Assembly (NCBI RefSeq): GCF_018350175.1
Contig: NC_058368.1
Coordinates: 143,470,001 to 143,534,000 of the forward strand
Direction of reading: 5' to 3'
Source of the DNA: Felis catus
Lineage: Eukaryota
Length of the DNA: 64,000 nucleotides
The position numbers were made by a program, and so were the translations under genes. This document shows, piece after piece, positions 18,429-31,500 of the stretch. The notes beneath the pieces are model-generated. The model saw only the letters and a program-made list of their open reading frames with translations. It did no database searches and was not told the DNA's origin. Position 1 is the stretch's first letter. Each line of letters opens with the position of its first letter.

Positions 18429-19224
18429 TAGAGCGGTGATTGGAAAGTAAGAAATTCTGATTAATGAAGTAGATTGTTTGCTTTTAAGGGATTCATTAAA
18501 TGTTGTTTTTCATGTAGAAGGATTCTTTTGAATATCTGATAGGCAACGACAGGACATCTCATGTATTTTAGAGGCCACAGGGTTAAATTGTCACAAAGTG
18601 TTAATGATTTATTCGGAAATAGGGCACATGGCAGTCCCAGCAGTTCTGAGCTGTTTATAGGGAGACTGATTTCTGAGAGGAAAATGCCATGCATGGTGTG
18701 TCTGTTTCATAGAACTGGAGCCCAGGGTGTTGACTTGCTGCTAAATAGTTTTTGCTCATTTGTGACCAGTGATGCCTCTCAGATGTAAAATCTTTGCCTG
18801 GTACCTGAAAAGTTAATCTGATCATACCCTAAACCAATCAGAAATCCTAAGGAAAGGATGTGACTTTTCTGCTGGGAAATGGAACAGTCCCTAACACTCA
18901 TTCCACACTTACATGATGCCATGTAAGGGTACCAGGGAGACTGTTAGCATCCAATCTCACAACAACCCTAGGAGATAGGTTTTGTTCTTATTCCCATTTG
19001 ACAGGTGAAGACACAGAGGGAACAGAAAAATGTCTCTCATATTGCCCTAGATACACAGCTACTTGAGGGTAGGGGGTGTGTGTGGTGGGGGGCACTTAGG
19101 CTTCAAGGTCTTCATACTCGAACCACTCCTCCACACCAGAGAGGTGAAGCACACTGCTGTAGCAGGAAGGGTAACCAGAGATTAGTGACATCCAAGGCTT
19201 CCTTGACTTTGGCTCCTGCAGACT

Positions 19225-19740
19225 TTTTTTTTATTATTATTTGTGGTAAAATACCCATAACATAAAATTTACCATCTTAACTACTTTGAAGTGTACATCC
19301 ACATTCTGTATAACTATCTCCATTATCCGTCTCCCAGATTCTTTTCATCTTGTAAAACTGAAACTCTGTACCTACTGAACAACACCTCCCCATTCCCCCA
19401 GCTCCCCAGCCTCTGGCAACCACCACCCCACTCCCTGTCTCTATGAGGTTAACTACTCTACATCCCATGTATAAGTGGAATCATACAGTATTTGTCTTTT
19501 TGTGCATCATGTCCTTAAGGTTCATCCATGTGTCAGAATGTCCTTCCTTTTCAAGGCTGAATAATATTGTATTGCATTGTATTGCATTGTATTGTATTGT
19601 ATTGCGTTGTATGTGTTGTATTGTATCATATTGTATTGTATTGTGTTGTATGTTTGTATCGCATTTTGCTTGTCCATTCATCTATTGATGTCCACTTGGG
19701 TTGCTTCCAGTTTTTGGCTGTTGTGAATAATGCTGCTCTC
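19225..19740 (-). mobile_element. Old L1 (L1MB-like) 3' end containing an (ATTGT)n microsatellite at ~19566-19650
   Basis: GTAAAATACCCATAACATAAAATTTACCATCTTAAC-type terminus; minus-strand AALFTTAKNWKQPK ORF2 remnant. Confidence 0.8.
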
Positions 19741-20328
19741 CTGGGAAGAACTAGATGGCATGGGAATCTGCATCTGGCCACACAGGTCCTGAAGTCTAAG
19801 TTGATCTGATGCTTAACTTCCTGAGTGTGACAGCTCTTTATGGGCACACTCCATCAGAAGGAGGGAATCCATGGGGTGATTTCTCTGCCCAATTCCTTAG
19901 CCTCCAATAAAGAAGCCTTAAAATCTCATTTTGTTTTTTTTGGCATTACTCCTGTGCAAGTTTATTCCTATAGAAGTGTAAACAGAGTTGCTGACATATG
20001 AAATCTCAGTCTCTGATATTCTGCCACATGGGAATTGTAAATCCAGCCATAATCATTTGATTATATCTATGGAATATTCTTATTCTCTTTTTCAGAGTAC
20101 TTTGAAAGGTAAAAGTATTTCCTGTTTTTGAAAAAGAATGTTTTAACTGTAATAATTTGGGGGAAGGAACACATGAGGTCCAAAATCATTCCTAGCCCAC
20201 ACTCTTTGTTTAATTCTCTACAACTACTTCTTCCTTAAAATTTGGTGATTTGGGGGGAGTAAATATCACTTTTTAAGTTTGTTATGCTACCTGAGAGAGA
20301 TGTTTCTGTAAACATGTTGTCATTTTTA

Positions 20329-20552
20329 GTTATTATTTTTTAAATGTTTTATTTATTGTTTATATATAGAGAGAGAGAGCATGAGTTGGGGAGGGGCAGA
20401 GAGAGAGACACACACACACACAGAATCGGAAGCAGGCTCCAGGCTCTGAGCTGTCGGCACAGAGCCTGACACGGGACTCGAGCTTACAAACCATGAGATC
20501 ATGACCTGAACCAAAGTCGGACGCTTAACCGACTGAGCCACCCAGGCACCCC
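20329..20552 (-). mobile_element. CanSINE
   Basis: Ends GACTGAGCCACCCAGGCACCCC; TSD catgttg(t/c)cattttta at 20313-20328 and 20553-20568. Confidence 0.92.
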
Positions 20553-22360
20553 CATGTTGCCATTTTTAAAAACAGATATAGCTCAATGTAAAATTCATAG
20601 GAAAAAAGAAAGGGAGATTTTCATTGTTCATGCCTCAAGGAGTTCTCCTACACTGTTTCAAAGGCAATTGACAATAGTTGAAGAATTCTGCCTGGCTTTT
20701 CAGTAAACCTAGGTAACATGAAAATTTACTGAACTCCATTTATCCGGATGAACTCCTTTAGAATGTGACACTGATTTCCTGCTGGGAAGACAAACAGGAA
20801 AGTCAAAGACAGTGTATGGGTCTCTGAACCATTATCATTTGTTGGGGAGGTGCTCTGCCAGGCAGGCTTCTGAGTTTATTAAGCATGGTTGCTCAGCCTA
20901 AGTTTACTCAGCATGTCTTACCTCTGTAGACCCTCTGTGATATACCAGATGATGGATCCCCGGTTCAACTCGCATCTTCACGGGCTTCCTGCCTTCTTCC
21001 CTCCATTGTCTGTGCTGTTGCCAAGGCCTTTTTGCCTTTTGAAAATTTAGCACTGCTGATATGTGAGAGAATCTGCTAAGCACTTAATGTATATATGCTG
21101 GTTACAAGTAACCTGGGAGGAAATGTTATTATTATTATTGTTGTTGTTTTCCCATTTTAAAGATGGGGAAACTGACACTAAGATAACATAGCTAGTAAGT
21201 GAGGGATCTGGCATTTAACATCAGGCTCTACTTTGAAGCCCATGAACTTGACCACCCGTTTATCCTGCTTCTAATTTTTCATAATTCTGTACTTCCTCAG
21301 CTCTTTATGTCTTTATTGAATCTCCGATTTGCCTCTTTTTGTTCCATCCCTTAGACCATTTATTTTTTTTCTTGTTTTTACCTTCTTGTTGAACTAACCT
21401 TTGTTTTCTTTTCCTTTGGTGTTGACTTTTAATAAAGTAATCTCATAAGACTTGGCCCATAGTATTTCAGTAAGCTTATCTCTCAGGAAATGTTGACTGG
21501 AAAAAATAACCACAAAAACAAATTTAGAAGCATAACATCTTTTCAACTATAGGAATAACCTTTTCCTCTAATTTGTAAAATATGTTCAATGCTTTTGTAT
21601 CTCAAAATTTTGGAAGACAATTGCATTGGAGCTTGATTTATGGTGTTGTATACACTGTTAATGTTCAATATGCATAATGTTAACTTTTTAAATCTCTGTG
21701 AAAACTCTTGAGAATATTGTCTGAATTTAAAATTCAGAACAACAGAGTTATATCAGATATCTAAACCTTATCTTTGAATCAGTTAATAGTGTACTTTTTC
21801 TCCTAGGTAATTTTAATATTTTGTTTAATATTTTAAAAAATGTGTAGGTATAGTCACATTGGAAAGAGAAAATGGAATATAATTTCAGAAAGTGTATTTT
21901 GATATTTTATTCATACAAATCTTTTTTCTGTTTTGATCATGTAGCAACTAAATCTCTTTTGTGAACATAGACTCTATGTAGAAGGATACAACATTGGTTA
22001 GGTAGCAGAGCAACTCAAGTTTTTGTTTTGAATGAAAACCATATCATTTGATGCATCCTCTAACCTGTATACATTTATTACTCTGAATATAGGATCACAG
22101 AGGAGTATTTTCAAGTGATCATATTTTGGGGTCTATTTTTATTTCTACGTGGATATAAGCACACATATACAAATGGATAAAAAAACATTTTGGAGGGATA
22201 TGCCCTCAAATGTCACAGTGGTTGTCTCCAGTGAGAGTCTTTGGGGTGGGGGTGTTGAGAATGAGAGAGCCCTTCCACTTTTACTCCACGTCCTTCTATA
22301 TTGTTTGAATTTTTTTTCAACAGGCCTAAGGGACTTTTGTAAAAGGAAAAAAATCGATAA

Positions 22361-22606
<246 letters not shown>

Positions 22607-23246
22607 TGAAGTACTTACAGATATCCGTATTAAGACTCATTCCACAACGCATCTGTGGCCACGTACAGAAACAACAATAAGCCAACAACCATATAAGTAA
22701 ACATAAGACATATAAGCAAATATTGGAAGTCAGAATCAAGAAAAAGAAAATGCATAGGTATCATAATGGTCAACATGAATATTGTAATTGAGATTCAAAT
22801 TTGGCTTTGAGTTCGCGGGATAACAGGAGCAACTAAGATATTCTCATTTTCAGAAAGGAAGTAACATACCAGCCTTTCAGGGAGAACAAGTCCCTTTCAG
22901 TGCTTGAATCTAAAAGAAAGTATAACACGTACCATTTTGCAGGGAAGAAATGAGCCGTATATAGGACAGTGTCCTCCATAATAATTGTAGCACAAATGTA
23001 GGATTAGATGTCATGGTTGGCAGTTTCTCAGATCCATCTTGATAAAAGCTGTAAACAAACCATAAAGGTTAATTTAGAGTTCACAATTCTTGAGGCATGG
23101 GCTTTGAAAAATGTGCTTTCCTCATGTTCCCAATTAATATGCAGAGAGAAGTGAAAGTGCTTAGTAGGGTGAATGTATGATACATCTTTAGTGTATGATA
23201 CATCTTTAGAGCCTCTGTAAATATATCTCTTTTCAGTAGGACTTCT

Positions 23247-23470
23247 TTTTTCTTTATTTATTTTATTTTATTTTATTTTATTTTGAGAGAGAGAGAGAGA
23301 ACGTGTGAGCAGGGGAGGGGCAGAGAGAGAGGGAGACACAGAATCTGAAGCAGGCTCCCGGCTCTGAGCTGTCAGCACAGGGCATGACACAGGGCTCAAA
23401 CTCAGGAACCATGAGATCATGACCTGAGCCGAAGTTGGACTCTTAGCCAACTGAGCCATCCAGGCACCCC
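23247..23470 (-). mobile_element. CanSINE with (TTTTA)n tail
   Basis: Reverse-complement head at the right end; TSD ttcagtagga(c/g)ttct. Confidence 0.92.
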
Positions 23471-24099
23471 TGTTCAGTAGGAGTTCTAATAAGACCTGGA
23501 AACCAGACACTTTGAGGTTGTACTTCCTGATGAATCAGAGCTGGGTGTGCTGGCATTCTATATTGCTTGTTGAAGACAGACCCACATTTTTTGGAAAACA
23601 GAGGAGCACACGACAGGATGGACATGCTATTCCAAAACTCAGGAGCCCAATTTGTAATGAGGAATACATTTTATTATATTTCACTGTTACCAAGATTTAA
23701 ATTTTTTGAGATGTCATGTGATACATATTTAAATTAGAAAAAAGTTAAAAAAAATTTACAAAGGCAACCCTAGACATAGTGTGAAGTTGGCTAAGTTTGT
23801 CATTTAAGGACTCTTTATTTTACTGGTGACCTATGACCACATACAACATGAGATAAGTGTTATCCCCATTTGCAAATAAGAAAACTGATGTGAGGTTAAG
23901 TAATTTTCCGAAGGCCACACAACTTATACATGACAGGGGTAGGACTCAAGCACAAACCTTTGAGACTCCAAAGCTTCTGTTTTTGTCTGCTTGTCTCTGG
24001 GTTTGTCTTGTTATACCACACTTCCTCTTCCTCTGTATCTAGCTGCATATGTCATGGACCTTCGTGACTCTCCAAGATTCCTCTTAACAATGATTTATT

Positions 24100-24328
24100 G
24101 GGGTGCCTGGGTGGCGCAGTCGGTTAAGCGTCCGACTTCAGCCAGGTCACGATCTCGCGGTCCGTGAGTTCGAGCCCCGCGTCAGGCTCTGGGCTGATGG
24201 CTCAGAGCCTGGAGCCTGTTTCCGATTCTGTGTCTCCCTCTCTCTCTGCCCCTCCCCCATTCATGCTCTGTCTCTCTCTGTCCCAAAAATAAATAAAAAA
24301 CGTTGAAAAAAAAATTAAAAAAAAAAAC
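24100..24328 (+). mobile_element. Young felid CanSINE (SINEC_Fc-like)
   Basis: Near-identical to the 14152 copy; perfect TSD acaatgatttattg at 24087-24100 and 24329-24342. Confidence 0.95.
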
Positions 24329-25583
24329 ACAATGATTTATTGATTGCCTGAAGTGCGTTTTTTTCTTAGTACTTCACCTCCGCATCTGCCCCAGCCCCCA
24401 AACACTTACCTGTCCTGTGTCTCATCTATTCACCGCCTTGAAATCTGCAGATGCCCGTTAGCTAATCTGATGATCTATACTGTGATGCCCTGCTCTGTGT
24501 AGGGTCTCCAGCAATGTATGTTATGTGCGTTGTTAAAAAAAGTACTGGGGCAACGGAACTCAGCCCAAGAGGATGATTCCACTGAAAACTGTAGCCACAG
24601 TTTCTAGGATGTGGGGGAAATGTTTTTCACTGTGTAAGTCCTTATAAGATTCTTTAAACCAAACTTTCTGTCCAGAAAGAAGAGCTCATTGGGACAGAAA
24701 GATGCAATTAAATAAATGGAGTTGAAGAGCTCCTAAATTTCCTTTAAAAGTAAATGATCTGGGCTTCTTAACTGGGGGAGTTTTGAAGATGTGATTTTCA
24801 AGAGTAATCAGGGAGGATAACTAAAATTATCAGGGCTAATTCAAAAAAGAAAATAATTCTTTTTAAAGGAGAAAACATTTCAGTACGAATAATCAGATTG
24901 GCCCAAAGGGGCAGGTGTTCGTAATGGTATTGAGTAATGATACTACTAAAATATTGAGAGTAAAGTGACTTAGAAATTTTAGGAAATGTCTTAATTGACC
25001 AAATTATTTTTTAGAATAGTTTGTGACCTATCAAAGTTATTTAAGTATTTCTGTAAGTTGTGGAACTCTCTAGTTGGAAGGATTCTGGAATTCATGAAGA
25101 GGAACCAGGATTTGAAACTTTGAAAATTATACTGAATACTAAAATTGTTGACTAATTTGGGAAGTTGCTTTATAACATCATAAATTTGGAAAACATGGGG
25201 TTGTCCTTATTTTATTACATGCTCTCCTGAAATATTGGCATTGCTTCTTAAGAATTTTTTGAGCGTGTATTACTGAGATTTAAGCTAACATAAACTATGC
25301 AATTTTAGTATTTGCTATTGAACTACATTACTTTAATTGTGGCAGATGAAGTTCATATCTTACTAATATCCTATTATTTTCTGTAAGTGTTCACATGTAA
25401 TACGGCATCATTCTAAATGTCTCTTTTTAGCATGCTCTTGTTTTCTTAGGTATTTGAAAATACTAGCTATCACCTAATGATATCTGTAAGTTTATCAGTT
25501 TGAATTTTCCACTGAAAATAGTAGACCAATTCTTCTAGTAGCTAATTTCCAATTAACTTTAGAAGACACCCTAAAGTTTATAA

Positions 25584-25793
<210 letters not shown>

Positions 25794-26818
25794 TAGATTA
25801 CTAAGATCAACCTATAAGCATTTATTAAGCACCTATAGTGTGCTAGGTGTTGTGCAGTGGTGAGTACACAATGATGAGTAAAACTGGGCTCCTGTTCTCA
25901 AGAAGCTTGCTGTCAAGGGCGAGAGATAAAACAAAACAAAATATCGTAAAAATTGTGGTAAGGGTCATGATCTATTTATGTACAAGTTATTGTGGAAACA
26001 CTCCAGAGGAGTACTCAAGAGAGCCTGGGGCAGGGGCAGGTTTAGGAATGGCTCCTTAGAATTGATGCCTAAATGGAACCCTTTGAAGGATCAGTTAAAG
26101 GAGTATATTCCATTTATAGAAAACATATGAGCAGAGGCAGCATCAAGGTAAGAAAAAGTATGGAGTGTGCAGGGCACTACAAGAAGTTTAGAATTATTTC
26201 TTTGACTTAAAAACAAGGAGAGGAAAGATGTGAGGTGACAAAGGCTAGTGTATGGGGGCCATGTTTGCTAAGGTAAGATTGGGCTTCATCGTATGGGTAC
26301 TAGGAGCCCCAAAAGGTTTTTCAGCAATGTTATTCAACTGGGAATGCATCCCATGATGGAGTCTTTTCACTGAAGGCTGCCATGGGTGTGGCATAAGCCA
26401 GGTTTGCATCACCTTTAAGATCATTCTAACTACTTCAGGGGGAGAAGTGACTCACTCCCACCATTTTATTCTTTCTTCTTGCCTCCTAAAATAAGTATTT
26501 ATTGAGTACCTACTGAAGGCAAGATTATGGCTAACTTGTGTGAAGGGAGACAGACAAGAATCTGTATTGTAATTTGCTTGTAGATGTATAAAAAAACTGT
26601 TGAGATTTATAGGAAGCTAGTATTAGAGGCTCTCTGGGGATGGGTGAAAACTGTACAGTTTGGAAGGCAGAGGTGGGAGGGGGACTTTTCATTATATACA
26701 TTATCTTTTGGGCTTTCAACCAAGAATGTATTTTTTAATCAAAAATTAAAATGAAACCATGCCCAAGCACTCTTCCCAGGGTACGAGGGAAGCAGAGCTG
26801 ATGTTGATTGTTCCATGA

Positions 26819-26989
<171 letters not shown>

Positions 26990-27412
26990 TAAGGATCTTT
27001 TCCACAAGGAGAGCCCAGGGTGCCTGGAACTCAGCTCAAGGTCCTAACCTAACTGAGCTTCTGCCTAGAGAGGGAGAAGAGCTTCCTAACATCCTGCTGA
27101 GCTCATTAAGCTGTTGACTTGATTTGCAACTCCATCACTATATTCGTCAATGAACTCCAAGTTTGTAATAAAACACATGCTACAATGTAGAATAATAACT
27201 CCCTTGTAAGAAAAATGTATGCAAATTTTAATAAGATAGAACATTCTTTGAGGTATATTTAACTTGAGTCGTTAGACAGGATTTATGCATATTTCATGCA
27301 TTTTTTAGTAGTTATATCAGAATAGATACACCTAACTCAGGAAACTAATAGTGAGCTTATATATAATGTAAATCTGTGTCTCCATGATGTATTGGTAATA
27401 TAAAGGAGCTAA

Positions 27413-27860
27413 TTATATATATGTATATACACATATGTGTATATATGTGTATATATATAATATGTATATGTATACATATGTATATGTGTGTATATATGTG
27501 TATATATATAATATGTATATGTATACATATGTATATGTGTGTATATATGTGTATATATATAATATGTATATGTATACATATGTATATGTGTGTATATATG
27601 TGTATATATATAATATGTATATGTATACATATGTATATGTATACATATGTATATGTGTGTATATATGTGTATATATATAATATGTATATGTATACATATG
27701 TATATGTATACATATGTATATGTGTGTATATATGTGTATATATATAATATGTATATGTATACATATGTATATGTGTGTATATATATTATATATATTATAT
27801 ATACATATGTATATGTGTGTGTGTATATATATATTATATATATTACATATATATAATTAC
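27413..27860. repeat. AT-rich alternating purine-pyrimidine minisatellite with 51/67-bp units
   Basis: AATATG landmark recurs at 27459, 27510, 27561, 27612, 27679 and 27746. Confidence 0.92.
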
Positions 27861-28139
27861 AGAGACATACCTGCCTCTCCAAGAGCAAGAAGGATCTAAA
27901 GAGATTTTCCCAGGAAAAAAAGAAATGGGAAGCTCTCTCACTAAACTTATAAAGCTATAAATTTGTTAATAAAGGGGTATGCATCCTGAGGGCATTTGGT
28001 AAATGTTAATTTATTTACTGAGGTGGTGATTTCTTAGACTCCCATCCATGGCAATAGAGCAAGTTCACATTCCATGATGTGTATTCAGATCTTTATTATT
28101 AATGCTCATATTTTAATAGAGACACTTTTAGCTTGTTTT

Positions 28140-28580
28140 CATTTATTTATCTTTTTGAAATGTTTATTTAAAAATTTTGTTAATGTTTATTTATTATTAC
28201 TGAGAGACAGAGAGAGACAGAACATGAGCATGAGAGGGACAGAGAGAGGGGGAGACACAGGATCAGAAACAGGCTCTAGGCTCTGAGCTGTCAGCACAGA
28301 GCCCAACGTGGGGCTCGAACTCACAAACTGCAAGATCATGACCTGAGCCAAAGTCAGATGCTTAACTGACTGAGCCACCCAGGCGCCCCTGAAATGTTTA
28401 TTTATTTTTGACAGAGAGAGAGAGGGCATGAGTTGGGAAGGGGCAGAGAGAGAGGGGGGGATCAGAAGTAGGCTCCGCACTGTCAGCAGTGAGCCCGATG
28501 TGGAGCTCGAACCCACAAACTGTGAGATCATGACCTGAGCCGAAGTCAGATGCTTAACCAACTGAGCCACCAAACACCCC
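28140..28580 (-). mobile_element. Two nested CanSINEs (inner 28171-28389 inserted in the tail of the outer copy)
   Basis: Inner TSD tgaaatgtttattta at 28156-28170 and 28390-28404; outer flanks both begin tagcttgt. Confidence 0.9.
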
Positions 28581-31500
28581 TAGCTTGTATTTAAAACAAA
28601 GTTTACTGAAATAAATTATTTTGGTAGGATATAAAACTTTGAAATAATAGTACAACATTATACAGCTTTTTAATAAAGTATATCATTTAAGCTCTTGATT
28701 ATCTACATGATCAATCAACAACTATTTATTTAGCTATGTAAGGTTTCACACGACTGAGCAATAATCATAGTTTCTTTCAGATATGTGAAGACAGGCTTCA
28801 CAAAACAATGATCAAACAATGAATTCATGTTAAGTGGGGTATGTATGGGTGGGATATAGGCATTTCAGCAGATGTGAAAACATAGTAAATGTACATAAAA
28901 CAACATAGCTATTAATGTGCCAACTGCTGGATGGCAGACCTCAATAATCAGCAAATAGAGGCAAGGTGACCTCTGACCACAATGGAGTGGGAGAAGAAGA
29001 AATGGGGGCAGGGGGAGTAGGGAGAGAAAGAGACAGAGACAGAGAGATTATAACTGACTTTTATTGAGCATTTACTGTGTGCCAGTCACTGTGTTTGCCT
29101 TATTTAATTCCCATAAGAACTCAGAGAAAACAGACTCTTTGAGAGGGTACTCAGCTAGTGAGTAGCAATCAGGATTCAAGCCCCATTTTGTCAGTTGTCA
29201 AAGTCCAAGCTGCTAATCCCCATTTAGTGTCACCTAGGAGCATCCTGAAACTTCCTGGAACTTCTCCACAAAAAATCCTTGGTGTCATGAGAACCCCGTA
29301 TCAGCAGTGCCCAAGTCCCTGGCAACCCCTCCCACTGTTCTCCGCCATCACCTCAGTTCTTTCTGAGGCAAAATCAGACTGTTAAGGAGTGCTCTGAAAT
29401 GACTCATCCTTGTTATGGCATCTGGCCTCAGCTGACATTTGCATAAATAATAGCACAGTTGGATTCTTAAATCAGCAGAGATCTGGAAACCCTGAGATCT
29501 AGTGGCCATCGCACTAAGGGAACTGTGATGTCATCTCATAAATGTGGCTACAGGGAGAAGGAACGGGGGGATGGATGGGGAAATGGCAATCCATTGAGGG
29601 CCTCAACATGCCAGGAACTATGCTAAATCTCTTTCAACTCTCTCAAAAATCCTAGGAGGGAGGTGAGGTGATGAACTCCATTAAATGAGATTCAAGAAAG
29701 TTAAATAATTTGGCCAAGGTATTAAATGATGGAGTGAGAATTTGGAGTCAGAATTCAGACTCAGATCTGTCTTATTCTCTCCACTAGTTGTAAAACTTGT
29801 ATTATTATATAGACTGAGTTAGCATACTTCAACTGCCTGACAATAGGGAGTTATTATGTATCTAGAATTTCTTTTGACATATGAAAATTATAGATGTAAA
29901 GAGAGAATGCAGTATCATTATTCAAACCTTTCCTGACCAATGTTTTTCCTTTCCCTGATCACCCTGGGGGCCTCAAAACAAAACAAAACAAAACAAAAAC
30001 AAAAAACCAAAATATTCATTTAGTATCAACAATGAATAATACATTCCAAACAAATCCTTCTTCTATCAAAGCCAAAGAAGCCAAAGACGGTTCCATTTGT
30101 AAGAAGAAAATGGCCACCCACAAATTTGATTAAGACAAAAGGTGTGCTAATTAAAACATAAGGCTTGTCATTATTTTATTCTGTTTGGGACTTGCTGGTA
30201 GGTTCATTCTAATTTTTCTTGTTAAAGGAGAGCCTCTGAGAGGCTGGATAAGCAGATGTTCCTAGTAGTTCTAGAACAGTACAGGGATCCTTTGTTATTG
30301 AATGGATATAGTCCAGCAAGTTTAAAGTGAAGGGAAATTCCACATTCAGAGCCTTGTTGATAGCTTGGGGCTGTTTTGGAGATGGAACTGTTTTCCAGGT
30401 GCTAAAAGATTCCTCAGTGCCAGGAGGTAGAATGGTATGTCCAATCCACAACCCAGGGGGGGGGGACTCTCCAGCCTCTGGATCCCTGCTGAGTCTGACA
30501 AAAAAAATAACTTCTTGAAGCAAGCACACATTTGTTGGCCACAAATCACTACCTTGTTCATTTGCTAAGTCTGTTGCCGATGTACAACATTAGAGACATT
30601 CCTCATCAGTACAAGAACCCTCAGTGTCTTAAACCCCAGGTTGGCATCAAGAGACTGCAATAACTCATTTTTAATTTCAGACGCCCAGAGCTGCAAAACT
30701 CATTTGTATTTCTCTTGGTTCTCCAACTTAAGAGTTGAGAGGAAAGGAAAAGTGGCCATGTGCCATAGTCTTTTGACTATCTGGTGCTTACAACTACCTT
30801 GAAAGTATTCCTTACAGAGTCTGATGGATCAAAACTATAAAACATTATGAACTATTTAACTATGATCTGTATTGTTGCATCTCTAAGATAACAACTGTAC
30901 ACAGCTAGTCAGATAGTAGAATTGATAAACAAACTTAAAACTTGATCACCTCTAGTCAAAATGCAAACAATCCCTACTGTTCCATTCTATTAGAACCACA
31001 TTCTTCACTTCGGTTCTCTGTACAGCAGTACATAATTAGAGTTATTTTTGTCTTGGAAAGAACAGTAAGCCAAGAGTTATCTGATCCCACTCACTTGTTG
31101 TCTCCATGAAGGGATCATTATGTAAATTTGCAGCCTCAGTGTCTGGGACACTATCTGGCATATTGTAAGTACTCAATAAATATGTGTTACCTGAATGGGT
31201 TAATATCAATTAGCACTGAACACATAATACTGATACCAACAAGAAAAGTTAGGCCGGATTGGAGGATAATCTCTTACTCAAAATGGGAACAAAATAACCT
31301 GTGCTGAAAAGTAGCACAGAATGGTGAATGAATTAATTTTAGTGCTTGGGTGCTTAGCTAGGAGATAAGACCGGCCTAGTTCATGGACTAGAAACTATTT
31401 AATGGATCACTCTATGGCACTTATAATCTTGTTTAGCCATTGGTCACATAACCTTTTCATTGGTTCTGGGTTCTATCCAAAAATCTTATGCTAAACCAGA

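Noticed and set aside
27357..27960. Many Y/I/H/C/M-rich ORFs on both strands
   Set aside because: Translation artefacts of the TA/TG minisatellite
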